This document shows, one piece after another, positions 11,216-25,134 of a stretch of 64,000 nucleotides of DNA. Position numbers and translations under genes: made by a program. This stretch comes from Heterodontus francisci (lineage: Eukaryota), in NCBI RefSeq assembly GCF_036365525.1, contig NC_090374.1, forward strand, positions 121,589,191 to 121,653,190, in the 5' to 3' direction. Positions within the stretch are counted from its first letter, which is position 1. Each line of letters opens with the position of its first letter. Under the pieces are notes generated by a model. It was not told the origin of the DNA, ran no database searches, and saw only the letters and a program-made list of their open reading frames with translations.

Positions 11216-12959
11216 AAGGTCCCAAAATTAGATCCCTGGCTTGTACTGAACATAGTCTGAACAATGGTGTGGGCACTGCAGTTGGCTTTGGGGTTTTTTT
11301 TTGGAGATGGAGGTGGCTGCGGGGAAAGATAAAGGAGGTGAACCAGCTCCTGATACTATTCAGTGATTCCGGCTGGAAAATTCTTATTTGTTGATGGGTG
11401 GCATCAGATCCACCCTTGACTGTCTTGGCCTGCCCTTGTGTGGTTACACATCCTACTGATATGTACTACTTAGCCTTGTGCAAGAAGAATGTTTTCTTTG
11501 GTAATGCATAAGAGAACGAGCAACACTGCATAGTTATACTTCATTATAAGGGTCCTTTTAACTTAGTCATAATTCTTTGTAATACCGGTAATCAGATTTT
11601 TAATGCCGGATCCTAATGTTGAAGGACTTGGCAATAAATTTAATATTAAAAGCATATATTTCCATTATAATAAATGTTTCCTTCTGAGGGATTTTTAAAA
11701 ATCCCTTGTCTTTATTCTGCACTTTTATGCTTTGTTTCTGAGAACTAATTTAAACCACATGCAATCATTTTCAGATCCCACATTTCTCTCTCCTAGGGTA
11801 GGTGGATGAGAACGTGGGCTGGGAAAAAAATAAGTGATAAATATTTTATAACAGGCTCTCACTGCATCAAAGTTGAAATCAAGTTTCTTGTAAGCACTGG
11901 CTCTTAAATCATTCTATTGCTGGATTGCAAAACTGTGGCAATCCTTAGCTTCTCTGTCTTTCCTTCCTTCTACAATCTTCAACATTTTAAAATCTAAGCA
12001 TATGCACGACTTCACAATTTACCCACACCCCTTTTACTGGCTTCACACTGGTCCCTGACCATTCTCCATGGTTACACAATCTGCTTATTAAAATTACTGA
12101 GTGGGTTGCACATTCCATTTGAAAATACATTGAAAAGTCTTGTGTCTTGCTATCTGAGTGAGAAAACCCATAATAAATTTGTCAACATTTAACTGCATTA
12201 CCTGTTAACTGCAGATTGTCATACCCTGTGCCAGGTGGATTCTTCCTGTCTGAACCAGTGGATGTCAACACAGTAGATGTTAACTGTAATGAGCTTTTCA
12301 CTTGCCTGTCTGCTTGGCCATACATTCATCTGCTGGCCTGTTCTACCTCCTGCAATCACTCTAAACAGGAATTCTGCCATGGCTCCCTCACCATTTACTC
12401 TGAATGTCGAGAGAGTATTATTTCAGCCATTGTCAACCTCATTCCCAGTGAGTATCCTTGTAACTGCTGTCCTCAAGATTTCGATCCCACTATCCCCTTT
12501 CGCCAACCAACTGGTTTCACCCAACTGAAAATTTTGGAACTCTGTTGTTGTGTTACTCTCCCCACCCCTCCCCACCTGGCAGCACTTTGACTTCTGTAAC
12601 TTCCTTTACCCCACATTGACTAGTCTTTTAGCCTCCCTCCTCACTTGCCAAGCACAGCATTTATGTTGCCGCTACCCCTCCCCAAGGAGTAGGGAAATAG
12701 TTTCCCCCCCCTCTCCACAGAACATCAAAATAGGCCCTTGGAAACTGTTAACCTCCCTCCCCATCCCCCGACCATCACTGATTTTTCAAACATCCTTCTC
12801 CCTTCCCATGTTCTCCTTTTTCCCCCATCCTCCTCCGCCCCATTCTTCTATTCCTCTGTTGTCCCCTCTCCATACATCTTATCTCCATTTCTCCCTTCCA
12901 TCTTCCCACCTGTGTTCACCTCTTAGTAGAGCCCAAAACTCTGAATAGTACTCAAACTG

Positions 12960-13365
12960 TCAGCCATGGTTCAGTTGGTAGTAGTCTCACCTCTGAGTTA
13001 GGAGGTTCTGTGTTCAAGTCTAATTTCAGAATTTGAGCACAAACGTCATGACTGATGCTTCAGTGCAGTGCTGAAGGAATGCTCCACTGTTGGAGGTGCT
13101 GTCTTTCAGTTGAAACGTTAAACCGAAGCCCCATCTTACCCCTCAAGTAGGCGTAAAAGATCCCACTATTTTGAAGAAGAGCAGGGACGTTATCCCTGGT
13201 TGTCCTGGTCAGTATTTATTCTACAGTTAACATTGGAGCTTGCTGTGTGTTTCCTACATTACAACAATGACTACATTTCAAAAGCTATTTCATTGGCTGT
13301 AAAGCACTTTGAGATGCCTCTTGGAGGTGAAAGGCACTATATAAATGCAAGTATTTAAAAAAAAA
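12960..13365 (+). mobile_element. Deu-domain tRNA SINE (SacSINE1-like)
   Basis: tRNA head (tggttcagttgg..gttcaagtc), Deu domain (ggaggtgctgtctttcag..acgttaaaccga..gtaaaagatccca), L2-type tail aaggcactatataaatgcaagt and A-run. Confidence 0.8.
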
Positions 13366-13399
13366 AACTTCGGTCTTAGTAAAGTTTTACATAGATTCA

Positions 13400-14100
13400 C
13401 TATTGCAATCCTATTTATATACTTTATACCTTGTACCATAAAACCCAGTATACCATTAGCTTATAACCTTGTCTGTTTGAAATGCTGATTTTAATGCCTC
13501 TTAATCCTTCTGCTGTTTCACTTTATCCAGCTGTCCCCAAATCAGAATTGATATATCTTTTACATTTTTTTAAGTGCCTCATGCTTACTGACCTGGAATT
13601 CCATCTGCTACTGTCTAGATTTGTACCATTTTGTCAGTGATCTCCTTGAGGCTTCCTTTGATTCTCAGAACTGTTTACTATGCCTCCTATTTTATTGTCT
13701 TCAAATTTGGCCACCACTCCCTCCAGCCCTATATTGAAGTCATTCATGTATACAGTGAGTAGAAGAAATCCAAGGGCAGGACAATGAGACACTGCGACCC
13801 GATTTTATCCACTTGGAGAAATTGCCCTTTACTCTAACTCTCTCTCCTCCCTTCTAACCAGCTTTTAATCCAGTTTGCTATTTTTCCTCCAATTCCATAC
13901 GTTTTAATCTTTCCCAAAGGTCTTCTGTGTGGTATATGTCATTCTGCAAGTCCATGTAGACCAGTCCATTGTAGTTTTCTCATCCACCATCTCTATCACC
14001 TCCTGAACGAACTCTCATCAGGTTTGCTAAACGCGAGCTTCCTTTCTGAAACCTGTGTTGGCTGCTTTTAATTATTTTATCTTTACCTAGATATTTAGTA
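13400..14100 (-). mobile_element. Highly degenerate CR1 LINE fragment (RT region)
   Basis: Colinear by eye with the minus-strand CR1 RT regions at 37000-37700 and 57000-57400. Confidence 0.55.
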
Positions 14101-14193
14101 ACTTCACTTTATTAAAAGTGGGGGGGCTGGGAAAGTAGCGGGAAACCCCGTTGGGATGGCTCCCTAATGCTGACTGTTCTGACCGACTACTCC

Positions 14194-15027
14194 TGTCAAA
14201 GCCCCCAATCAAAATATACGATGCTGATTGTTAATTCAATCCCGTCGTTCCACAGATCGGCTAACATATTATTTTAAAACTTTCCAAATTAAAGAAAGAC
14301 TCAGCCAAATTGTACCATCTACTAACCCCTGAATGAGGCTAACCAAATCAGGTGCCTTTAAATCAACAAATTAACTCTAATTAGAAGAACTAAATTCTTA
14401 AACACTATGAAGATATAAACAACATTTAAAATAGAAAAAGTTGGAGTCCTTGCAAATTTACAGTCCAATGTTGCTCGAAGTCTTCATGGAATGTTGCTTT
14501 CCATCTCCAGCGAATTTCAACAGTTAACGACTTGCAAATACTTTCAATAGAATCAATCTGACTTCAGAGTTTTCGAGAGATAAAAGATTGTTGCAGTCTA
14601 ACTTCCCTTCCTTCAATTTAAATTACCAGAGATCTCTGTTTTGGCTTGACGTTTTCTTAAAATTTGGAGAGATAATTAAACAGACTAAAAATCCTCTTCC
14701 TTCAGTTTAAGTGGCTGAGAGTTCTTTTTCAGGTGTGCTCATCACAGCTGTCTTGTGTCTTCTGTCTGTTGGAACAAACTGTCTTCCACTAACAGCCAGT
14801 TCAAAACTGAATTGTAACAAATGTATCGCATGAGACTCTCCCAGTGGCTCAATCTATGGTAATGAGAATGCACCCTTTGAATCGCAGTCTCCAAATGGCT
14901 GTTTCTAAGGCAAAGAAAATGTACCTTCCTATAAATCCTAAGGCTTGCTGCCTCTTAAAGCAATACTGATCCTCTGCAAACTTAAAGGCAAACCACATAT
15001 GCCTAAAAAAACTACAGGACCATGACA
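14194..15027. mobile_element. Probable solo LTR
   Basis: TGTCA..TGACA inverted termini, ~830 bp non-coding; TSD not clean. Confidence 0.45.
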
Positions 15028-16072
15028 CTGACCCACCTCCAGTTGACTTTCCCAGGGGCAAGCTGCCATGGGAATCAGCAGCCCGCTTCATGGAGGCAAC
15101 CGATCAATGGCTCCAATTAAGGGCACAATAAAGGGCCATTATCCCACGATGATAGACCTTTATCGGCATCGAACGAGCTCCCCCAACGCCCCGCCTCTCT
15201 TCCCCCCCCCCCCCCCAAAATCTGGAGCCGGTAAACTGCATGGAGGCGGCCTCCCAGCAGAGGTTTGGAGGGTCATCGGAGACTCCCCTCAAACATCCAG
15301 TGATTGAGGCTCTAACACCACTGGGACTTTTTTTAAGCATGTTCAGCAAACATCCAAGAGCACAAAGTTTGACATGTCCTGGTGCTCTCCTATTACTCTC
15401 AGCAGTGCCTGGTGGGGCTGCTGGCTGTCCAGTGCTGTGGGCCCTCTTGTTGAGCCTTCTGCATTGAGATCCTGCTCACCATCTTTAATTGGATGCTTCC
15501 ACTCCTGCGTTTCGCTTGCACTTTCTCACTGCCATGCTCTCTCATGCTGGTGTGATCCTGTTCGCTCTCGCACTCTGGTATGCGCTGGTTTTTTCCCTCT
15601 TGCCCCCATGCGTGCTCGCCCTATTTCCTGCTCCCCCACCACCTCTCGCCCTCTTGCCCACTCTCCCGCCTACATGTTTGACCTGTGCCCGCCCGCTCGC
15701 TCGCCTGACTGCCCACCTGCCTGCATCTGCATATGGCCATGATGTCAGCGTCTTGATACCTGTGGGAAAATTCAGCTCTCTCTCCTCCCCAGCTGCCAGC
15801 CCTCTCTCCCCTCCCGACCTGCCAGCCCTCTTTCTCTCTCCCTGCCAGCCTTCTTTCTTTCTCTCTCCTTCCTTCCAGCTGTCCCCGCTTGCTTTCTTTT
15901 CCCCAAAGCTCGCTGTTGAAAATGGAGTGCACGTGGCTGGAATTTGAATTTGGACCCCCTAACTGAGAGTCTGGTGCTTTCCAGGCTAAATAAGTGATGC
16001 TTTGGTAACACTAAAGTGCTTTTTAAAAAAATATATATTTTGTATTGATTTTGTTCCTTTTGTATATTTCAG

Positions 16073-16236
16073 GCCGTGTGTGTATACAGTGGGATCTCCT
16101 ATAAACAACAGAGCACTATTTCCATGTCAGGAGCCCCCAGTAGCCATGGCAACATGGCAGGCTTCAGTTTGGGCCCCAAAAGGATCTGTGGTTCTCATGA
16201 GTGGTGAAAATTGTGCTGAACCTCACCACGATGGAG
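16073..16236 (+). CDS. AOPEP: AOPEP coding exon 2
   Basis: RPCVYTVGSPINNRALFPCQEPPVAMATWQASV..VVLMSGEN, nearly identical to recalled human AOPEP; acceptor tttcag|G, donor GAG|GTAAAA; phase 2 in, phase 1 out. Confidence 0.95.
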
Positions 16237-16489
16237 GTAAAAAAAGAGAAACTCAGAAGAATTTTGTATTCCTATACTTTGTTAGCAACATTTACTATGA
16301 ATGAGAGAATGTAGAACAATGATTATTATAAGCGAATAATTACTAAAAGATGAAAACTTTTAAATTAAAGTAAATTTGATATTTATAAACTTTGAAATAG
16401 GTTCAAGGATTTATGCTGAAAGTTCTCTAACACATCAAATTTATGACTTTGACTGTCATCAGAGGACTTCCTTGACCACCATCTGAGCC

Positions 16490-18165
16490 AGACTGTTGTG
16501 TTTGACCCCGATTTGAGCTTCCGACCGCATATCCGGTCCATCACTAAGACCGCCTACTTCCACCTCCGGAACATCGTCCGACTCTGAACTTGCCTCAGTT
16601 CATCTGTTTCTGAAACTCTTCTCCATGCCTTTTCGTTACCTCTAGACTTGGCTATTCCAAACACTCCTGGCCGGCCTCCCCTTTTCCATCAGAAATGAAC
16701 ATCCAAAACTCTGCTGCCCATATATTAACTTGACCAAGTTTTGCTCGCCCAACACCCCTGTGCTCTTTGACTTACTCTGATTCCTGGTCTGACCTGCCTC
16801 AATTTTGAAATCCTCATCCTTGGTTTGATTTCCCTCCATGGCCTTGCCCCTCTCCATCTCTGTAAACTCCTGCAGCTCCACAACCCTCCAGATATCTGTA
16901 CTCTTTTAATTCTGGCCTCTTGAGCAACCCCAATTTGAACCACTCCATCATTGGTGGCCATGCTTCAGCTGCCAAGGCCCTCAACTCTGCAATTCCCTCC
17001 CTACACCTCTGACTCTCTAGCTCTCTTTCCTCCTTTAAGTCATTCCTTAAAACCTACCTTTTTGACCAAGTTTTTGGTCATCTGTCATGATATCTCTTTA
17101 TGTGGCTCAGCGTCATACTTTGCTTTATAATGTTCCTGTGAAGACCTTTGAGACGTTTCATTATGTTGTTACAGACAGGTATCCACTGTTCACCTCCAAA
17201 CTGACCACAACCGTGTTTTGTTTAAAATGATGAGTTAACCCCTGAGTGTTTTTAGGATCAAATAAACAGACGACCGACAGGTTTTGTCATGGGTTAAACA
17301 AAAGAGAACTCTTTTATTTTTACACAATTCCCGAAATGTTTGCAACACCACTCACGTACACAATCACGCACTCATGCATACGCAAGAATAGATAAATAGA
17401 GAGGGGAAAGAGTAAGTGGTTTAAGGTAAACCTGTTGAATCTTTGAAAGACAGTCATTTTAAAGGTGCAGGTTTGGGTGTTTGTAGTCTTAAACTTGTTG
17501 AGGTGTTGTAAATTTCTGGTGGTTAAGACTTTGGACTGGAGGTAGTGGTAACTTTCAGTTCTCTGCTGCAGCAAGTTGTAGTGTAGAATTAGCAGCAGGG
17601 CTTCTTCCTTGTTTTGACTTGGATCTCTTTCCACAGCCTGTCACTGGACTGCCTCCTGTGATGTTGTGATCTCTCCAGAGGGTTGACTTTTAAGATAAAA
17701 ATTCACAACATTAGCATTTCTGTTAGTTGACACATGGCCTTCTCCCCTGGTGTGACCACGCAATGGAACAGGATGTGGAATCCATGGCTATCTATCTATC
17801 TGGCCGAGTACTATTCTGTCCAAATGTGGCAACTTCACACCTTCTTTGTCACAGAGGAAAACTGTTCAATTCTGGAATGTCTCTTTATGGTTTCGGGATG
17901 GGTGTAGTTGACTCCTCTTAGTCTGGAATGTATCCTTTTGTCTTTTCGAGACAGTGAGGCTGTTTTTGAATACACAGGCCAGGTCATTTGATCTTCGGCG
18001 GCCATCTTTGCAGCACATTGTCCATTTTTTCTTTAAAGGAGAAGTCAATTTCAAAGAGTCTTCATTGAATAAAGCTTGTATCTTAAAAATAGGAGGAATA
18101 TGATATGTCTTTACATGGCATGGCAATGTTAAAAGTGCTATATAAATGCAAATTGTTGTTGCTCT
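16490..18165 (+). mobile_element. L2 LINE 3' fragment, its tail split by a solo LTR
   Basis: L2-type C-terminal motifs ([17 protein letters not shown]) and tail gacgtttcattatgt|..|atgttaaaagtgctatataaatgcaaattgttgttg. Confidence 0.75.
17167..18125 (-). mobile_element. Solo LTR with 4-bp TSD
   Basis: TG..CA termini flanked by an exact ATGT duplication (17163-66 and 18126-29); removing it restores the L2 tail. Strand is inferred only from a minus-strand AATAAA near 17315. Confidence 0.8.
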
Positions 18166-18192
18166 GCACCACTGCTCTGTGTCACCAAGGGG

Positions 18193-18495
18193 TAAATGCC
18201 TGCTACCCGACCCAGACCCGATGGGACCTGATGACCTGGGTCGGGTCGGGTTGCACTTCCGGGTCCGGCATTCGGGCTCGGGTTGGGCCGGGTCCAACAC
18301 GCTCTATCACAGGTAAATTTGTGTTAATTTAATTTTTGGCCTAGAAAGGTGGTTTGGTTACAGTTATGCTTGTGCAGATCAGCAACAAAGTGAAAATTGG
18401 AAGGTAGTTAACTGACGGTTGGGTCGGGAGTGGGAAAAAATGGAAGGACTTGGGCTCGGGTCGGGTTCTTTTTTGCAGACCTGAGCAGGCCTTTA
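18193..18495. mobile_element. Non-autonomous DNA transposon (MITE), hAT-like
   Basis: TIRs taaatgcctgct / agcaggccttta, many subterminal (t)cgggt / acccga repeats, flanking duplication caagggg(t) of 7-8 bp. Confidence 0.75.
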
Positions 18496-20733
18496 CAAGG
18501 GGTAGGAAGCAAGTTTGCATCCTCTTTTTCACAGGTTAATTTCATGTTGGTTGAGGCAGAATGCTTTCCATAAGGAGGGAAAATTTTAGTGTGAGTCAAT
18601 CCATGCTACTCTTGCTCACTGCTTAGGGGCATATACCTTCTGGTTTCTGTGTTTGAAAATGTTATGCATCTATGTTTCATATATCAAAATTTATAGAGAT
18701 GTGCGAAATATCAGGCTGTAACTTCAAGGTTCAGAAGATATCTAAGAAGAGTTGAGATTCATTCAAATAGCTTATGAACCGTTTAATTAAATTACAATCT
18801 TACTGCTAACCATCATAATTCTAAAAATAGTGAATGATCTCTCAGTCCATATGCAGTATTAAGTGGACATTGCTGTTCTCCTTTTCAATGACCACTTGGC
18901 TTGCAAGCCTGAATTTCTGCATCTAAAATGGGACCATTTTGAGGTTATTGTACGTGTAGGACTCCTGTAATTTTCCTTCTTTAGTCCTTCCTGATTAGGC
19001 TGTTCAAAGATGCACATGATTAGAATTGCATTGGACTTGGGTTATCCACCTTCTATATTATATATTGAAAATGGCCTTGTCTTACCTGCTAAGCTTGGTA
19101 CACAAATACAGTTAATGAAGCTGAAAAACTGCTGCTTTCTTGGCTTTGGAGGATTGGCTCAAGTGGGCCTGCATCATATATTGTAAAAGACATAGTTTTT
19201 TAAACACAGTTACTGCAATCATGTAGGGTGGATTTTTGTTTTGTCACTTTTTCCCCGAGTTTTGTTAATACTAACTTGGTGCTCAAAAGTAATTGGATTG
19301 ACTGATGCCTCTGTATTGGTTTACTGCATAAAATCTTTCAACCTAAAACCTTAATAGCGTTGACTAGGGATACATATATCGATTGTAAAGCTAGCTTTTC
19401 TTGTGTTTAGTGCAGTATCCTCAAGTTTTTCTCTCCCTCTATCTCTTGTTTTCCTGTCTTTGCTTCTGTTCACAGCACAGCTGTTGGATGTTGCCTGTGC
19501 TGGGGGCCTGTTGCCTCTCAGTCAAATGACAGAAAGAGACGGCTTGTCCCACCATCCATGGCACAAGTAAAAATACAGTTTTCCTGCAGCCCTTTCACTT
19601 CTGCAGTGATGGTTGGGTAGCCCTGGCTCTTTATGATGTTCTGTTGCTTGTCTCATTGAAGAGACACTGTGCAGTGGTATTGTGGTGCTTAATGACAGTC
19701 GGTCTTTTTCTAAGGCACTCATGCAAAAAGATGGTTCAAAGTTTCTAAAGAGATATTTTCCATTTGTAACGCAAGGTTAAAAAAAAAAATTGACTTACAA
19801 AAAGTAGAAATTAGATCAAATAGATTTGGGCTGTACTTGAAAAAGCTTTCAAATCAAATTGGGCAAGGTAATTTTTCTCAACACTGAAACTGCATCAGTG
19901 GTGATAAAGAATGATTTGAGTGCACTTAGGATTATGGTTCCTGTGATGCCCAAATTCAGTAAATACCTTTTGTTAGGAAATGGCAAGTCAAAGGATATTG
20001 ATCTAAATTTACTGGAAAGGTCAAAATCAATTATCATTCAACTATTTTAGAATCTCTTCAGTTCTCTGTACGCAGGTACGTGCATTTACAAATCAAAATG
20101 AATACTAGAAATAGCTGTATAATAGTTTTTACTGTTGTAAATTATATTAACAAAAGGCAAATAGTTGTTAATGCTCTACCATATTAGTTTCCAAAGATTG
20201 CCGCACAAAATGTTGAGATATTAGTTTGTACAGGATTCCTTGCACAGCAAGTTCTTGATGTATGCTGTGTAGAAAGTTGCCAACCAGAGACCAGGTATTT
20301 CCTCACAAGAGTGTAATGGTATGTGAGTCATCGCAGGCATTCTTATGGACAGATATTTTCTGGTATTAAGTATATACTTCTTCAAAGCCAGTGGCAGTCA
20401 ACTATTCAGCAGGAGATCTGCTTCTTTGGTGCTGTTGACCTTGTTCCTTGCATCTGTAATGCCCTGCTTTCTCATCTAGTCCCATCTAGCAGCAACAAGA
20501 ACTAATTACACCCCAAGTGAGAAAATGTTGATATTTTACATGTGACTATAAGGTAATATATGTACTTTTATTGAAAGTAACAACAACTGTACCAATTTTG
20601 CTCCAGTGGGCAGCCTTAGTACTGCTTATTTTGTGTGCTCCCTGTGCAAATCTCAATGCCATCTGTGTGTATTACTTTTGAATCTTGAGAGGACCTGTGC
20701 TCTTGATTTCCATCATACTTTGCTGATATCCAT

Positions 20734-23212
20734 GGGTGGCAAGGGCACAAAATGTACTCTGGGTGGGGGACTTCAATGTCCATCACCAAGAGAGGCTCAG
20801 GCACCACTACTGACCCAGCTGGCCAAGTCCTAAAGGACATAGCTGCTAGACTGGGTCTGTGGCAGGTGGTGGGGGAACCAACAAGGGGGAAAGACATACT
20901 TGACCTCGTCCTCGCCAATCTGCCTGCCGCAGATGCTTCTGTCCATGACAGTATTGGTAGGAGAGACCACTGCGCAGTCCTTATGGAGACGAAGTCCCGC
21001 CTTTAGATTGAGGATACCGTCCATCGTGTTGTGTGGCACTATCACCGTACTAAATGGGATAGATTTTGAACAGATCTAGCAAAGCAAAACTGGGCATCTA
21101 TGAGGCGCTGTGGGCCATCAGCAGCAGCAGAATTGTACTCTACCACAATCTGTAACCTTATGGCCTGGCATATCCCCCACTCTACCATTACCATCAAGCC
21201 AGGAGACCAACCCTGGTTCAATGAAGAGTGCAGGAGGGCATGTCAGGAGCAGCACCAGGCATAGCTCAAAATGAGGTGTGAACCTGGTGAAGCTACAACC
21301 CAGGACTACTTGCATGCCAAACTGCGTAAGCAGCATGCGATAGACAGAGCTAAGCGATCCCATAACCAACGGATCAGATTGAAGCTCTGCATTCATGCCA
21401 CATCCAGCCGTGAATGGTGGTGGACAATTAAACAACTAACTGGAGGAGGTGGCTCCACAAATATCCCCATCCTCAATGATGGGGAAGACCAGCACATCAG
21501 TGCGAAAGATAAGGCTGAAGCATTTGCAACAATCTTCAGCCAGAAGTGCCAAGTTGATGATCCATCTTGGCCTCCTCCTGAAGTCCCCAGCATCACAGAT
21601 GTCAGCCAATTCGATTCACTCCGCGTGATATCAAGAAACGACTGAAGGCACTGGAAACTGCAAAAGCTATGGGCCCTGACAATATTCCGGCAATAGTACT
21701 GAAGACCTGTGCTCCAGAACTTGCCGCGCCCCCAGCCAAGCTGTTCCAGTACAGCTACAACACTGGCATCTACCCTGCAATGTGGAAAATTTCCCAGGTA
21801 TGTCCTGTACACACAAAAGCAGGACAAGTCCAACTCGGCCAATTACCGCCCCATCAGCCTACTCTCAACCATCAGTAAAGTGATGGAAGGTGTCATCATC
21901 AGTGCTAACAAGCGGCACTTGCTTAGCAATAACCTGCTCAGTGACGCTCAGTTTGGGTTCCTCCAGGGCCACTCAACTCCTGACCTCATTACAGCCTTGG
22001 TTCAAACATGGACAAAAGAGCTGAACTCAAGAGGTGAGGTGAGAGTGACTGCCCTTGACATCAAGGTAGCATTTGACCGAGTATGGCATCAAGGAGCCCT
22101 AGCAAAACTGAGGTCAATGGGAATCGGGGGAAAACCCTCCGCTGGCTGGAGTCATACCTAGCGCAAAGGAAGATGGTTGTGGTTGTTGGAGGTCAATCAT
22201 CTGAGCTCCAGGACATCACTGCAGGAGTTCCTCAGGGTAGTGTCCTGGGCCCAACCATCTTCAGCTGCTTCATCAATGACCTTCCTTCAATCATAAGGTC
22301 AGAAGTGGGGATGTTTGCTGATGATTGCACAATGTTCAGCACCATTCGTGACTCCTCAGATACTGAAACAGTCCATGTAGAAATGCAGCAAGACCTGGAC
22401 AATATCCAGGCTTGGGCTGATAGGTGGCAAGTAACATTCATGCCACACAAGTGGCAGGCAATGACCATCTCCAACAAGAGAGAATCTAACCATCTCCCCT
22501 TGACATTCAATGGCATTACCATCGCTGAATCCCCCACTATCAACATCCTAGGGGCTACCATTGACCAGAAACTGAACTGGAGTAGCCATATAAATACCGT
22601 GGCTACAAGAGCAAGTCAGAGACTAGGAATCCTGAGGCGAGTAACTCACCTCCTGACTCCTCAAAGCCTGTCCACCATCTATAATGCACGGGTCAGGAGT
22701 GTGATGGAATACTCTCCACTTGCCTGGATGGGTGCAGCTCCAACAACACTCAAGAAGCTCGACACCATCCAGGACAAAGCAGCCTGCTTGATTGGCACCC
22801 CATCTACAAACATTCACTCCCTCCACCACCGACGCACAGTGGCAGCAGTGTGTACCATCTACAAGATGCACTGCAGCAATGCACCAAGGCTCCTCAGACA
22901 GCACCTTCCAAACCCGCAACCTCTACCAACTAGAAGGACAAGGGCAGCAAATACATGGGAATACCACCACCTGCAAGTTCCCCTCCAAGTCACACACCAT
23001 TCTGACTTGGAACTATATCGCCATTCCTTCACTGTCGCTCGGTCAAAATCCTGGAACTCCCTTCCTAACAGCACTGCGGGTGTACCTACCCCAAATGGAC
23101 TGCAGCAGTTCAAGAAGGCAGCTCACCACCACCTTCTCGAGGGCAATTAGGGATGGGCAATAAATGCTGGCCTGGCCAGTGATGCCTACGTCCCATGAAT
23201 GAATAAAAAAAA
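20734..23212 (+). mobile_element. LINE-A copy, 5'-truncated within APE, young (355-aa RT ORF 22083-23150)
   Basis: VPQGSVLGP..FINDL..MFADD RT motifs; family tail; TSD atatccat / atattcat. Confidence 0.93.
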
Positions 23213-24169
23213 ATATTCATATAGTAGCTTTTCTGTGGAACCAGATTAGTCTTTGCTGCACTGCTTTCACCAAGTTTCAAGGGATTATTTTGTTGTGTGT
23301 TAATCACGGTGCCATTTCTGGCATGACAAATGTTGATAGAGAAATTGGAATTTGCTATCCTTGACACTTTGGTAGGTGAGGAGGACAGCAGTTTGCAGTA
23401 GAGGGGACTGTTACCATGGAGCTCTGTGGCAGGAGTTACTCCAAGGGTGTTGGCAGTTTGTGGCCTATCATCACCAAGTACTGATCAAATACATCTAGGT
23501 TACAGTGGAGGAAGGGGTGATTCAGGTCAAGGATGTGTTGCTCAGTGAAGGTAATGCGCTGCTGACTGCCATTCAGATCATTGATTCTTTGGAGGTTCCC
23601 TGATTTTGGTGAGTATGGCAAACTTGCCTCCAATGACGCAGAAACTGGAGAGTATTGTAGTCAAGTCCATTGTCAGTTTTATCTATGTGGAGCCAATTTT
23701 CGTGAAGGCACAGAGCAAATCTTGGAGAAGCATCAATGACTGGTGAACTGTTAGTGATCAAAAGGGACTGGTGAGAGGTGGGGAAGGGAGAGACAGAGAG
23801 ATAAAGAACCACTCACTCAAGTTACAGCAACATCTTGGCTCGACCTTGGTGGGGTCCGCTAATATGTATGGGCCACAAAATTGGACAGGGCCTGAAAACT
23901 GATGCTGGGATCGTGATGTGGATTAGTCCACGCCCATTGCTTCCAGTGCAGGCGGCACACAAACTTTGTGCTGCCTGCTAATTTCAATGATTATAGCACG
24001 CAGCCTGTGCTAGACAAGCTGTTGAGTATGACAATTAGTGCAAAAATGGTGAGAGGCTAGAATGAGTTAAAGCTAGCCTGCAGTACTTAAAAGCAGCCTG
24101 CATCTCTTAAAGGGAACGTACATTGTGACTGGAGCAGGAGCTGGAAATCATTGTAAAAGTGATTTTGAC

Positions 24170-24412
24170 ATGGGGAACACTCTGCACAACATGGCAGAGT
24201 GTGAACTCTAAGATTTTCTGATGCTGCACTGGAGGGCTTGGTGCAGGAGGTGGAGAAATTTGATCTAATCACAGGGGGCCAGGAGGCCCTCCAGGCAAGC
24301 TTTGTGAAGGCAGTGGGACCAAATAGCCATTGCAGGCAATGCTGGGAGTCTATACCTGAGGACCTGGATGCAGTGCCGCAAGAAGGTCCATGACCTCCTA
24401 CAAGTGGTCAAA
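24170..24412 (+). pseudogene. Harbinger Myb/SANT-like DNA-binding protein remnant (NAIF1/MSANTD-like)
   Basis: Manual translation RFSDAALEGLVQEVE../WDQIAIAGNA..RTWMQCRKKVHDL, followed by an apparent intron to ctcttgcag at ~24671. Confidence 0.7.
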
Positions 24413-24774
24413 GTTGGTGAATGTGTCTTAAAATGCCATATCCTATGAACTGCACCACTAGCCTCATGCACTGCTCTGAGCACAACATCCCCATCACTCA
24501 CGAACAATCTCTATCAATCACTAATCATACATAACATTCCTGGCTTCACCTCACCCTCACGCACTTAACAGTGCTGCAAGCCTTGTACACGCTGCCAGCT
24601 CCTCGACTATTGACAGTCATATCACCAAACATATTGCACCACACTCACAGGTACACTTTCCTCTCTTGCAGGACAAGATGGTGCATAGCTGGAGGCAGCA
24701 GTACCTAACAGGCAGAGAACAGGCATGGCTGCACGCCCTTACCCTGAGGAAGGAGACTGATCGCCATCATCTCG

Positions 24775-25060
24775 TGGGGGAGACGAGAACTAGGAGATAC
24801 AATTTAAGAATATGAGTCTCCCTTTTAAGATGGAGATGAGGAGAATTTTTTTCTCTAAGGGTTGTTGGTCTGTGGAATTCTCTTCCCCAGGGCAGGCTGG
24901 GTCATTGAATTTATTCAACGCTGAGTTAGATAGATTTTTGATAGACAAGGGAGTCAAGGGTTATGGGGGGCAGACAGGAAAGTGGATGAGACCACAACCA
25001 GATCAGCCGTAATCTTATTGAATGGTGGGACAGGCTCATAGGGCCTATGTTTCTATGTTG
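24775..25060 (+). mobile_element. CR1 LINE 3' end
   Basis: PFKMEMRRIFF..LNLFNAELDRFLIDKGVKGYG plus CR1 tail. Confidence 0.75.
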
Positions 25061-25134
25061 CTATTGGAGCAGCCATGACTGAGGCTGTAGCTAGTGGTGG
25101 GGCTGAAACCATTGAAGATGGTGGTGTATGTATT

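Noticed and set aside
12216-12948. Several 80-130 aa ORFs
   Set aside because: Pyrimidine-rich low-complexity sequence with no recognisable domain.
15374-16011. ORFs of 100-150 aa on both strands
   Set aside because: CT-rich repeat-like sequence; the ORFs arise from lack of stop codons.
18200-18470. Short repeated tcgggt motifs as a CRISPR-like or regulatory array
   Set aside because: Irregular spacing, enclosed by TIRs and a TSD: these are MITE subterminal repeats in a eukaryote.
19849-20075. Overlapping 62/63-aa ORFs and a gcag|gtacgt donor-like site as an extra exon
   Set aside because: No similarity to AOPEP, and the flanking exons already join in phase.
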